Virus record (IMG/VR): IMGVR_UViG_3300022752_000311
Coordinates: 1 to 27,703 of that record
Direction: 5' to 3' (one strand)
Source of the DNA: a virus
Lineage: Duplodnaviria; Caudoviricetes
DNA: 27,703 bases
Shown: piece by piece, positions 1 through 7,706 of the stretch
Numbering within the stretch: the first letter of the stretch is position 1
Layout: each line of letters opens with the position of its first letter
Translations under genes and position numbers: made by a program
Notes under the pieces: generated by a model
Seen by the model: only the letters and a program-made list of their open reading frames with translations
What the model was told of the DNA's origin: nothing
Databases searched by the model: none

Positions 1-53
1 GCTTCCATCTGCTCATACCAGCTTTTGTAGTCAATGTTTTCCAGGATGTTCAT
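1..53 (-). CDS. N-terminus of a gene running off the left edge (MNILENIDYKSWYEQMEA...), possibly a replicative helicase
   Basis: ATG at 53 overlaps the TGA of ORF 50..337 (ATGA coupling) and the frame is open to the window edge. The product guess rests only on position downstream of the initiator. Confidence 0.45.
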   Translation of the reverse strand, partial: MNILENIDYKSWYEQME

Positions 54-337
54 GCGTCCACCTCAGAATCCCAGACCAAGCCTGGGGCGTAATGACAAAC
101 AACTCGCGCGGGGGCATATTTTTTTATTGCTTGCAGGACAACATAAGCCTCGTCGGGATCTTCTGCTGTCAAGAACACCCTTAGCTGTCTCACAAAACGA
201 AAGTCGCGGTCTTTAGGATCAATAACCACAACCGGATAGTCAGGATGCGGATCAGGCTCGCCAGTAAAGTCTATGAACACGGCTTTAGGTGGTTTGCTTG
301 CAAACTGTAGGTTGTTTACGAAGTCGTGGCCTTTCAT
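50..337 (-). CDS. Hypothetical phage protein, 95 aa
   Basis: ATGA-coupled to both neighbours in the replication operon; no recognisable motif. Confidence 0.75.
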   Translation of the reverse strand: MKGHDFVNNLQFASKPPKAVFIDFTGEPDPHPDYPVVVIDPKDRDFRFVRQLRVFLTAEDPDEAYVVLQAIKKYAPARVVCHYAPGLVWDSEVDA

Positions 338-1044
338 ACGCTTGCCCTATCACCGTAAGCGGTTGATGTTGGCTGGATTGTCTGCTTAGTCACCCATTCC
401 GCTTTAAAAGCGGTCCAGTTTCTTTCGCAAATCTCCCGCAATGCAGCATCTACAGAAAAGCCTGCTTTGTTAGCCTCCCTAACAATGCCATTCCACGCCA
501 CCTGTGTAAGCGGTGCTTTTTTAGCATTTCTGATCAAAATAAAATCGTCCCAAATTTGCTGGTTCACTCCTTCGGGCTTATCAATATTCTTTGGTTTTCT
601 TTTATTTGAAGAAGAAGATGAAGAAGAAGATGAAGGGGTTGGAATTTGGTTATCGTTGGAGATAACCTTAAGGTTAACCTTCTTACCATCCAAAAGAGCT
701 GGATTTCCGCCCTTTTTTCCTCCTAAAGCCCTGATTTCCCTAAGTTTTTCATCCCTTATCATTCTTCGGGAGCATATAGACCCATCGTCTGCTATGTCAT
801 ACACACCAGCAAGTCTTAGCTCATCAAGGTAACCTTCCGCTTCTTGCAAGGTTATGCCAACCATACGAGCAAGGTTGGCTGGAAGGATAACCTTCTCATT
901 AACCTTCAGATGACCGTATGGATTACCTTCGTGCATGTAGCAGATCATGTCGATCCACAAGCCACGAGCCCCAATTGAGCAAGATTTGAGTGCCGTGTCT
1001 CGAAGCCAGTCTGATGGATAAAATTGAAAAGAAGGGCGTTTCAT
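334..1044 (-). CDS. Phage replication initiator / replisome organiser (lambda O-like role; YdaU/DUF1376-like N-terminus)
   Basis: N-terminal MKRPSFQFYPSDWL..L..CS..ARGLWIDMIC motif, central poly-Ser linker, C-terminal W.DF..IR.AKKAPLT...W..FKAEW domain, internal DNA repeats. Confidence 0.75.
   Translation of the reverse strand: MKRPSFQFYPSDWLRDTALKSCSIGARGLWIDMICYMHEGNPYGHLKVNEKVILPANLARMVGITLQEAEGYLDELRLAGVYDIADDGSICSRRMIRDEKLREIRALGGKKGGNPALLDGKKVNLKVISNDNQIPTPSSSSSSSSSNKRKPKNIDKPEGVNQQIWDDFILIRNAKKAPLTQVAWNGIVREANKAGFSVDAALREICERNWTAFKAEWVTKQTIQPTSTAYGDRASV
648..930. repeat. Cluster of AAGGTTA/TAACCTT motifs, putative iterons (replication origin)
   Basis: GGTTATC-N6-GATAACC (648-667), palindromes AACCTTAAGGTT (664-675) and AAGGTTAACCTT (670-681), AAGGTAACCTT (826-836), AAGGTTAT (848-855), AAGGTT (871-876), AAGGATAACCTT (883-894), TAACCTTC (900-907), TTACCTTC (923-930). 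Confidence 0.6.
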
Positions 1045-1478
1045 TTTTTACCCCTTCTAACTTTTTCATACAAATCTATAAGAGCATCAGACTGATAAGC
1101 AAAACTTTGGCCTTGTCTAAAAATATATTGATGAAGATCGCTGAATTCATCAAGATCTATTTCAACTCCAGCCCATCCAGCCAAAAAAGCAGCCATTCCT
1201 TTTCTAGACAAAGTTCTGGGATCAACAGATCCTATTACTTCATTTAGCCAATCAAATTCTGAATGGTATGCCTCATGACAATCTTCACATAAAACAAGAA
1301 GTTGATCGCGCCTGTAATCCCAAACATCTCTATTTGGAATGTATTGCTTGTGATGAACGTTGAGCGTATTTGTCTCAGAGTCGCAGCTTTCACATTTAAA
1401 GCCAGTCGATTCCATTACTTCTAAACGTTTTTTTTGCCATCTCGGGTCGAGATATTGGCTACGATAAGACTTCGCCAC
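1041..1478 (-). CDS. HNH endonuclease-family protein
   Basis: CESC...LNVHH...LLVLCEDCHEAYH zinc/HNH pattern; GTG start with GGAGG Shine-Dalgarno at 1484-1488. Confidence 0.8.
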   Translation of the reverse strand: MAKSYRSQYLDPRWQKKRLEVMESTGFKCESCDSETNTLNVHHKQYIPNRDVWDYRRDQLLVLCEDCHEAYHSEFDWLNEVIGSVDPRTLSRKGMAAFLAGWAGVEIDLDEFSDLHQYIFRQGQSFAYQSDALIDLYEKVRRGKK

Positions 1479-1511
1479 GCGAACCTCCGTCTAGGTTTGC
1501 CGTCACTGAAG

Positions 1512-1570
1512 GCGCAAAGGGCAGGCGGGTGACGGATCCGCTTTTCCCCCCGTCGGGGTATCCCTTGCGA
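1512..1570 (-). ncRNA. Putative structured leader RNA with a C4-antisense-like three-way junction
   Basis: Minus strand CGCAAGGG..CCCUUUGCG closing stem, CCCC-GACG-GGGG hairpin and GCGG-AUCCGUCAC-CCGC hairpin. The last loop is complementary to GUGACGG and GACGGA downstream. Confidence 0.55.
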
Positions 1571-1583
1571 TTACAACTGTGTC

Positions 1584-1612
1584 AGTCTAAACAAAGTTCC
1601 TTATCCCTGCAA
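1584..1612 (-). promoter_or_regulatory. Sigma70-like promoter for the HNH/replication operon
   Basis: TTGCAG (1612-1607), 17-nt spacer, TAGACT (1589-1584); predicted start just upstream of the structured leader. Confidence 0.55.
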
Positions 1613-1668
1613 GTCACACTAAAATTCTAAAATTTGTGATATAACGCGGCAACCTTTTAGGGGATGTC

Positions 1669-2628
1669 ATGAATGCCTTATGCACCGATGAAGAATTTAT
1701 CGATCTTTGGCTGAAACTGGGCAGTCCTGCTGCGGTTGCTCGAGCCCTAAACACGAACGTCCGAACCGTATACAACCGTCGAAATATGGTGTCCCAACGG
1801 CACAACATTCCCCTAGAAACAACCAATGACGGTCGATTGAACCAAGCCGTGATTACGCATTCCTACGACAGGATGAAAAGCGTAGCTGACATCACGGGTC
1901 GCGTAATTGTTTTTAGCGATGCTCATTTTCAACCTAACCAAACCTCTGTAGCTTTCAAAGCGCTTCTAAAGGTCATCAAGATGACAAAGCCGCAGATGAT
2001 CGTGGCTAACGGCGACCTGTTAGATGGAGCAACGATTTCCAAATATGGCGCGGAAGATTGGACAGAGCGTCCAACATTGCAACAGGAGCTAGAGTCTGTG
2101 CAATATCACATGGATGCCATTCACAAAGCATGTAAAGGGCTTGGCACGATCCTGCACCGCACGATTGGGAACCACTGCATCAGATTCGACAAGCGGCTGG
2201 CAAATGCTGCGCCTGAATTCCGTGGAATCAAAGGTACGTCATTGGTGGATCACATTCAGGAATGGTCTGTAAGCTGGGCTGTTCTTGTCAACGAAAACAC
2301 GATGATTAAGCACAGGATGCAACATTCTGGAATTCACAGCGGCTACAACAATGTTTTAAAATCAGGTCTCAATAGCGTCACAGGGCATACGCATCTTTTA
2401 GAGGTTAAGCCTTGGGGAGACTATTCCGGCAGGCGATACGGTGTATCTACAGGCATGTTGTCTGATCCTGATTCATCGGCATTCCGCTATGTGGAGGCAA
2501 ATCCTGTACCTTGGTGTAGTGGTTTTGTCGTTTTGACGTTTGATAATAGTGGTCGATTGCTTCCACCAGAATTAGTGGAAGTAGTCGAGGGCGTTCCTTA
2601 TTTTCGTGGCCAAAAAATTGAGGTGTGA
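1669..2628 (+). CDS. Calcineurin-like metallophosphoesterase with N-terminal HTH-like segment
   Basis: SDAH, NGDLLD, GNH, KH and GHTH metal-binding motifs; N-terminal SPAAVARALNTNVRTVYNRR is HTH-like; AGGGG SD. Confidence 0.85.
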   Translation: MNALCTDEEFIDLWLKLGSPAAVARALNTNVRTVYNRRNMVSQRHNIPLETTNDGRLNQAVITHSYDRMKSVADITGRVIVFSDAHFQPNQTSVAFKALLKVIKMTKPQMIVANGDLLDGATISKYGAEDWTERPTLQQELESVQYHMDAIHKACKGLGTILHRTIGNHCIRFDKRLANAAPEFRGIKGTSLVDHIQEWSVSWAVLVNENTMIKHRMQHSGIHSGYNNVLKSGLNSVTGHTHLLEVKPWGDYSGRRYGVSTGMLSDPDSSAFRYVEANPVPWCSGFVVLTFDNSGRLLPPELVEVVEGVPYFRGQKIEV

Positions 2629-2629
2629 A

Positions 2630-2779
2630 ATGGAAGATTTCGTTACTATCAGCATGTCTGAAGATGAGTTTGACGCAGTTGTGGAATGGCTTGGCAATGA
2701 GTCAATCAACTCTGGCTTAGGCGATTTGTATTCTCGCTTGCTTGCAGCAGTTGAAGCAGCAGACGCAGACGAAGCCTAA
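2630..2779 (+). CDS. Small acidic protein, 49 aa (not in the ORF track)
   Basis: GAGGTG SD, ATG 1 nt after the upstream stop; MEDFVTISMSEDEFDAVVEWLGNESINSGLGDLYSRLLAAVEAADADEA. Confidence 0.7.
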   Translation: MEDFVTISMSEDEFDAVVEWLGNESINSGLGDLYSRLLAAVEAADADEA

Positions 2780-3090
2780 AACCCAACGATCTTGCAAGCC
2801 CACCCTGACTTTAGTTTACGCCAGCCGTGGGCTTCAATTTTCCATCCAGCTCGTATGATTGCAGGCAAGAACTCGCAAGATTCTATCTTCTTTACCCTGG
2901 CGTTAAGATTGTTGTTTGACGTTGTTTGAACTAACAGGGTCTCAGAATCCCTGATGGCTATGATGTCGCCAATCGTAAAAAGGTCGATTCTGATCCGCGC
3001 ATGAGGATTCCATCGCTCTACAACTTGGCAAAGATAACCCTTATCCCTCAACATTTCTAAGCTACGTTGCGTTGGTGACTTGCCGCTCAT
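2776..3090 (-). CDS. PD-(D/E)xK-fold nuclease, Holliday junction resolvase (Hjc)-like
   Basis: L...GY..V.....DLF...DIIAIR..ETLLVQ.T pattern resembling Hjc-type nucleases. Confidence 0.55.
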   Translation of the reverse strand: MSGKSPTQRSLEMLRDKGYLCQVVERWNPHARIRIDLFTIGDIIAIRDSETLLVQTTSNNNLNARVKKIESCEFLPAIIRAGWKIEAHGWRKLKSGWACKIVGF

Positions 3091-3166
3091 CGTTTAGAAC
3101 CCACCTTTTGTCTGCTTGCTGTAGCGTATTGTTGCGGTAAGTATATAGTTGTTTTTTGAGGTAAAT

Positions 3167-3370
3167 ATGAACTACGACTATTTTTTAGACAGGAAATTAT
3201 ATGAACACCAAGAAGGATTGGATCGTTGCAATTGCTTTCGGAATCATTTATGGGACGATGATGTTCTTTTTTATACGATAGGAGAATGCTGTGCAAAAAG
3301 TATACGAAAGTATAAGCAAAGTGATGGCGACGATAGCGAAAGCTGGGATTGCGAAGGGCAGGATCAATGA
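3167..3370 (+). CDS. Hypothetical small protein (MNYDYFLDRKLYEH...)
   Basis: Good GAGGT SD before ATG 3167, but the 3' part overlaps two other ORFs. Confidence 0.35.
   Translation: MNYDYFLDRKLYEHQEGLDRCNCFRNHLWDDDVLFYTIGECCAKSIRKYKQSDGDDSESWDCEGQDQ
3201..3281 (+). CDS. 26-aa single-pass membrane peptide (MNTKKDWIVAIAFGIIYGTMMFFFIR)
   Basis: AGGA SD, hydrophobic core, stop overlaps the SD of the ERF gene. Confidence 0.5.
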   Translation: MNTKKDWIVAIAFGIIYGTMMFFFIR

Positions 3371-3887
3371 GTCACAAAAATATACCTTCCGAGGTATAGA
3401 CGATGTTTACAACGCTATGGCTCCCATTCTTGCGGAGCATAAATTATGCGTTCTTCCCAGGGTCACCGGCAGAAACGTCACCGAGCGCGTCAACAAACAC
3501 GGCACTGCTTTGTTCTATGTTACTGTTGAAATGGAGTTTGCTTTAGTTTCCGGCGAAGATGGCTCCAGCCACGTTATATCGACGATTGGCGAGGCTATGG
3601 ACTCAGGTGATAAGGCAACTAATAAAGCGATGTCAGCGGCTTACAAGTACGCTTTAATGCAGGCATTTTGTATTCCTACAGAAGGCGACAATGACTCCGA
3701 GAATCAGACGCACGAGGTTGTGAAAAACGATCTTGAGATTGATTTGGGAAAGATTGCTAAAGCCACCAAAGACACTCTGAAACAAGAGTTTTCTGCTGCT
3801 ATAAAAAAGCACAAAGAGTCGGTAGAAAGCATAAAAGCCATTGAGGCGGCCAAAGACATCCGCAAAAAGGAGCTTGGCATCCAGTGA
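3291..3887 (+). CDS. erf: ERF-family single-strand annealing protein
   Basis: Y.FRGIDDVYNA and GEAMDSGDKATNKAMSAAYKYAL..AF.IPT.GDND ERF motifs; AGGAG SD. Confidence 0.85.
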   Translation: MQKVYESISKVMATIAKAGIAKGRINESQKYTFRGIDDVYNAMAPILAEHKLCVLPRVTGRNVTERVNKHGTALFYVTVEMEFALVSGEDGSSHVISTIGEAMDSGDKATNKAMSAAYKYALMQAFCIPTEGDNDSENQTHEVVKNDLEIDLGKIAKATKDTLKQEFSAAIKKHKESVESIKAIEAAKDIRKKELGIQ

Positions 3888-4207
3888 AAGATCCTCACAA
3901 AGCAGTTGATTACATCCTAAAACACGCGCAACAGTTTGCAGATGCCAAAGCTCAGAGAGTTTATTTAGAAGAGTTCAGGAAGTCTAAAAAAGCGATTTTG
4001 ATGAAGGGCTCACTTGAGTCAGCATTGGGAGCGCAAGAGCGTGACGCTTACGCTCATCCTGATTACTTGCAGTTATTAAAAGCTCTTGAAGCCGCGGTTC
4101 AGATCGAAGAGAAGTTACGGTGGGATCTGATCGCTGCTCAGGCAAGAATCGAGATCTGGAGATCGGAGCAGGCAAATTTAAGGGCAGACATTAGGAACAC
4201 TGCATGA
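3884..4207 (+). CDS. Helical phage protein, possibly a UvsY-like recombination mediator
   Basis: Coiled-coil pattern with ERDAYAHPDY and IEIWRSEQAN.R; coupled to erf. Function is inferred from context. Confidence 0.55.
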   Translation: MKDPHKAVDYILKHAQQFADAKAQRVYLEEFRKSKKAILMKGSLESALGAQERDAYAHPDYLQLLKALEAAVQIEEKLRWDLIAAQARIEIWRSEQANLRADIRNTA

Positions 4208-4500
4208 ATTGGAGATCTATAAAACTCTTAGAGGCTTGCAGGGAACTACCCTGTACGCTGTGCGGAGTAGAAGATGGGACGATTGTTGCAGCTCACAGCA
4301 ATCAACAGCGCGACGGTAAAGGAACGGGCATAAAGGCTCATGACTACAGGGTTGCTGCGCTATGTTTTTCTTGCCATGCGGCAATTGACCAAGGCCACAG
4401 AATGAGTAAGGAGGAAAAACAGCAGGCCTGGGAAAAAGCTCACCGGAAAACAATTGGATTTTTATTTGAAAAAGGTAAATTAAATGTCATCCGTAAATAA
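4204..4500 (+). CDS. DUF1364/YbcO-like zinc-binding putative nuclease
   Basis: PCTLC...TIVAAH....GKG.GIKA.D...[10 protein letters not shown] pattern. Confidence 0.7.
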   Translation: MNWRSIKLLEACRELPCTLCGVEDGTIVAAHSNQQRDGKGTGIKAHDYRVAALCFSCHAAIDQGHRMSKEEKQQAWEKAHRKTIGFLFEKGKLNVIRK

Positions 4501-4852
4501 AGTCATTCTTGTTGGCAACGTTGGAAAAGATCCTGAAACAAGATTTTCTGAATCAGGAACTGCGATTGCTAATCTCACAATAGCAACAACAAACAGGTTC
4601 AAAAACAAACAAGGTCAAACTCAGGAAGACACAGAATGGCATCGTGTCGTTGCTTACGGAAAACTGGCCGAGATCATCGAGAAGTATGTTCAGAAGGGAA
4701 AGCCTTTGTATGTAGAGGGAAGGCTTCAGACTAGAAAATGGACAGACAAACAAGGTGTGGATAGATACACGACCGAGATTGTGGCCGAGCAAATGCAGAT
4801 GCTTGGTCAAAAAGAATCTAAAAAGACTGATGACGATGACATCGCATTTTGA
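4484..4852 (+). CDS. ssb: Single-stranded DNA-binding protein
   Basis: [35 protein letters not shown] and acidic tip DDDDIAF; the linker is very short. Confidence 0.97.
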   Translation: MSSVNKVILVGNVGKDPETRFSESGTAIANLTIATTNRFKNKQGQTQEDTEWHRVVAYGKLAEIIEKYVQKGKPLYVEGRLQTRKWTDKQGVDRYTTEIVAEQMQMLGQKESKKTDDDDIAF

Positions 4853-5435
4853 ACAAGGCTCGGATGCCTGGAGGCTTGCAAGGCTAGGGAAGGTGACAGC
4901 TTCCCGCGTGTCAGATGCAAGGGCTAAAAAGGGGACCGCGGCTCGATCTGGATATATCGCCGACATCATTGCCGAGCGTCTTACAAACAATCCAGCCGAG
5001 AGTTTTTCAAACTCTTATATGGAATGGGGAACAACAAACGAACCGCTTGCAAGAGCCGCGTATCAGATCTATACAGGAAACTGGGTAGAGCAAACAGGCT
5101 TAGTAGATCATCCAACCATCCCTAACTTTGCTGCTAGCCCAGACGGGTTGATTGGAGACGATGGTCTGATAGAGATCAAATGCCCCAAGACCTCGACGCA
5201 TATCTCTTATCTGACAGCTAAAGAGGTTCCGTCCGGCTATAAGCATCAGATGCTTGCCCAGATGGCTTGTACGGGTCGTAGGTGGGTCGATTTTGTTTCA
5301 TTTGACCCCAGGCTGCCTGAGAAGCTGCAGCTCTTTGTGGCGCGGTTTGAGCCGCCTGAAAAGGATATAAAAAGCCTAGAAGATGATGTTGTCGTTTTTT
5401 TAAATGAAGTAACCCAACAAATGGAGAAACTATGA
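4830..5435 (+). CDS. YqaJ / lambda-exonuclease family protein
   Basis: EQGSDAW...[12 protein letters not shown]...EPLAR, ASPDGLI, IEIKCP, Y..QM..QM. True start is probably 4830 or 4836 rather than 4755. Confidence 0.92.
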   Translation: MTMTSHFEQGSDAWRLARLGKVTASRVSDARAKKGTAARSGYIADIIAERLTNNPAESFSNSYMEWGTTNEPLARAAYQIYTGNWVEQTGLVDHPTIPNFAASPDGLIGDDGLIEIKCPKTSTHISYLTAKEVPSGYKHQMLAQMACTGRRWVDFVSFDPRLPEKLQLFVARFEPPEKDIKSLEDDVVVFLNEVTQQMEKL

Positions 5436-5614
5436 ATTGGAAAGAACTCATTGAAAGCCAACGATCCCCACGAACCTTCCGACCTGTCGAGGACATCTGG
5501 AGAGAACACGGCTGGAAGCCGCCCTCCACAGAGTGTCCCGACACCATCGAAAAACACCGAGCTTTTAGAGCGTGGTCAATGGCTGGAGATCATCAAAGCG
5601 GTGAAATGCAGTGA
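5432..5614 (+). CDS. Hypothetical protein, 60 aa
   Basis: ATGA-coupled to the exonuclease gene; GGAG SD. Confidence 0.6.
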   Translation: MNWKELIESQRSPRTFRPVEDIWREHGWKPPSTECPDTIEKHRAFRAWSMAGDHQSGEMQ

Positions 5615-5846
5615 TCGACAGGAAATTGAGAAGGCTTATGAAGCTGCTCTTCCGTATGTCATCCAGGATTGGGCTTACTGGCTTTTATCGAAGCCTCGTC
5701 CGCAGCGGCTTCCGTTGATCGAAAAAATAGCTAAACATCACGGAGAGGAGATCGGGGAGATGGTGAAGCAACGACTTACCGAGCTACACCTCGAGTCTTC
5801 TCGAAACTCCTCATGCCTGCAATCCCTAGCATCCCGCTCAAAATAA
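5583..5846 (+). CDS. Hypothetical protein, start uncertain (3' part of ORF 5451..5846)
   Basis: Protein-like helical sequence (EIEKAYEAALPYVIQDWAYWLL...). No clear start codon; the 3' end overlaps the convergent holin gene. Confidence 0.4.
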   Translation: MEIIKAVKCSDRQEIEKAYEAALPYVIQDWAYWLLSKPRPQRLPLIEKIAKHHGEEIGEMVKQRLTELHLESSRNSSCLQSLASRSK

Positions 5847-6189
5847 CCCACAAAGCCTCCGTGTCTAACATTGGAGGCGGGGCCACCTCTTTAGGCACAT
5901 AATCTCCGGCTTGCAACCATGTCCATGCCCAGACTAAAAGCGGGTAAAGAAGAAACTGGTAGGCCATCGCGCCTGCGCCAACCCAACCGATAGCAGGTCG
6001 CCAGCCAGCCACAAAGAGGTTCTGATTCGCTGCCTCGACCTTGTTGACTTCCATCTGTCCGAGGTCGATAGCCTGATCTATTCTTTTAGCCTCTAACTCA
6101 AGCTCCATCCGTTCTTTATCTGACGTATGAAGATCTCCAATGACCTTACCGACAGATTCAACGACAGATGAAATGCCGAGGATATTCAC
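5776..6189 (-). CDS. Holin of the 3TM / gene-transfer-release family
   Basis: VNKVEA....FVAGWRPAIGWV and LSGMLGIAGMRSFEK.RGV signatures; follows the endolysin gene. Confidence 0.88.
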   Translation of the reverse strand: MNILGISSVVESVGKVIGDLHTSDKERMELELEAKRIDQAIDLGQMEVNKVEAANQNLFVAGWRPAIGWVGAGAMAYQFLLYPLLVWAWTWLQAGDYVPKEVAPPPMLDTEALWVILSGMLGIAGMRSFEKTRGVAR

Positions 6190-6677
6190 AGCTTAAGTGC
6201 TCGATTAAGCCAACCTAAAAGAAACTTAATTTGGCTTCTATCCCGCATCACGATGTCACGATAACGAGCGATCTTCGCAAGGGCATAGGAGGCTACAAAA
6301 AGCTCCGGATCTATTCGGTTAAGGGCATCTACCGACCGAGCGCCAATAACGCCGTCTGGAGCTGTTTTAACGCATATCTGAGCAAGTTTGGAAGCTACAG
6401 AAACGCCAGCGTTGACAGCAAAGTTGAAGATAGACGAAGCGACAATAGGATTTAGTTTGTCGCCCTGTATGGCATCCCAATAGTTGACTCTGTAAAAGTC
6501 ACGAACCATTTGCGTTGGTGGTGTTTCACCACGATCTACAAATCCCCACCCAGGCCAATTCGGGTTTTTATTTCTTGCAATCCCTGCATACGTTTGACCT
6601 CCGGTGTCACCTGCTATTTTGTGTAAGATGTAACCACCTTCGTCTTGGATCATTTTGTCGTAGGCTGTTTCAAACAT
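6186..6677 (-). CDS. Endolysin, glycoside hydrolase family 108 with peptidoglycan-binding domain
   Basis: EGGY...D.GG.T.AGI catalytic motif, FNFAVNAG, DGVIG, C-terminal F..GWLNR. Confidence 0.92.
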   Translation of the reverse strand: MFETAYDKMIQDEGGYILHKIAGDTGGQTYAGIARNKNPNWPGWGFVDRGETPPTQMVRDFYRVNYWDAIQGDKLNPIVASSIFNFAVNAGVSVASKLAQICVKTAPDGVIGARSVDALNRIDPELFVASYALAKIARYRDIVMRDRSQIKFLLGWLNRALKL

Positions 6678-6910
6678 TACTTGTCCTGTTTGTTGTCTAG
6701 TTTGTCAAATATCTTGGAAAGCATAATTTTTATTTCATGGATGTCATTTTCATAATCTTTTTTTAATACATAGTCATGCGGCAAATTCTTTTCTATGTCT
6801 CGCAAATCGCGTTGCATGTCTTTTACGGCTTCCCAAACAACTCGGAAGATCCAGCCAAACGCGGCTGAAATCGCGCCGAATAAAATATTGATGATAGTTT
6901 GCGAGTCCAT
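6677..6910 (-). CDS. Small membrane-anchored coiled-coil protein (lysis-associated, holin/antiholin-like)
   Basis: ATG 6910 with AGGT SD; N-terminal TM helix then coiled coil ending IFDKLDNKQDK; coupled to the endolysin gene. Confidence 0.7.
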   Translation of the reverse strand: MDSQTIINILFGAISAAFGWIFRVVWEAVKDMQRDLRDIEKNLPHDYVLKKDYENDIHEIKIMLSKIFDKLDNKQDK

Positions 6911-7004
6911 ATTCAACCTAAACAAAGAATAACAAGAAACTTTGGCATCAATCGGTTCTGTAACACCACTGATCGCTGAGAATGGATCAAAGCCGAACAC
7001 ATTG

Positions 7005-7706
7005 TTATCCTAGAATTTCAACCCAGCTTGTCGTAGCCTCATCCCAGCTATACATCTGTCCGTCTGTTGGCATTGGCACAGGCGCATCCCAGAGGCAAGT
7101 GTCTTCGTTCAGCACCCACGATGGATAGGGTTGCGGTGGGATAAATGCGTCTCGCTGTGCATCGTAGGTATAGCCAATGCCTGCGTAGTTTTTCCTGAAC
7201 GGTGTACCGCCGCCTGTGTGTACGCCGCCACCTACAACTAAGTATTCTACGGACGATACATTCAAACTTTCTGCGTTTGCTGTGCCATAGAGCACCCAGC
7301 CTTGAGTTGCATCGATATAAACAAACTCGGCAGAAAAACGATTGGCATTCAAAACAAAGTTGTTAGTTACTCCGTTTATATTGTTGCCATTCGGAGCCAC
7401 GGTTACATTATTAGTTGCCCATGTCCCAGCATAATCCGTCAGCGTTATAGAATTGCCAGCACTCGGCGAATCAGGCAGCGTAACAGTAATCGCTGCTGAG
7501 GTTGTGTTGACAGGATAAGCATTGCCAGCAGAGGCTGTGAAGTTAGATGTCTGGACGGATTGCCACGTTAGACCGCCACCGCCACCAGATCCATTTGCTG
7601 CTGCGGTAATCTGCCCCTGTGCATTGACCGTGATGTTTGCACTGGTGTACGACCCAGCAGTGACGCCGGTATTGGTGATGTTTGCACCTGTGATTTTTGT
7701 GGTCAT
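7005..7706 (-). CDS. Virion fibre-like protein, apparently a fusion of two genes
   Basis: N-terminal GVTAGSYTSANITVNAQGQIT and ITVTLP.SPS.G fibre motifs; C-terminal FRKNYAGIGYTYD...DAFIPPQPYPSW domain. Confidence 0.7.
   Translation of the reverse strand: MTTKITGANITNTGVTAGSYTSANITVNAQGQITAAANGSGGGGGLTWQSVQTSNFTASAGNAYPVNTTSAAITVTLPDSPSAGNSITLTDYAGTWATNNVTVAPNGNNINGVTNNFVLNANRFSAEFVYIDATQGWVLYGTANAESLNVSSVEYLVVGGGVHTGGGTPFRKNYAGIGYTYDAQRDAFIPPQPYPSWVLNEDTCLWDAPVPMPTDGQMYSWDEATTSWVEILG

Noticed and set aside
467-832. Plus-strand ORF with an EEEDEEEDE tract
   Set aside because: Antisense shadow of the poly-Ser linker of the initiator gene.
3091-3166. Divergent promoters between the nuclease gene and the recombination operon
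   Set aside because: TATAGT and TATACT -10-like boxes exist, but there is no correctly spaced -35, so I cannot call them.
4755-4829. N-terminal extension of the exonuclease in the ORF track
   Set aside because: It lies inside ssb; family similarity starts at about 4836-4850.
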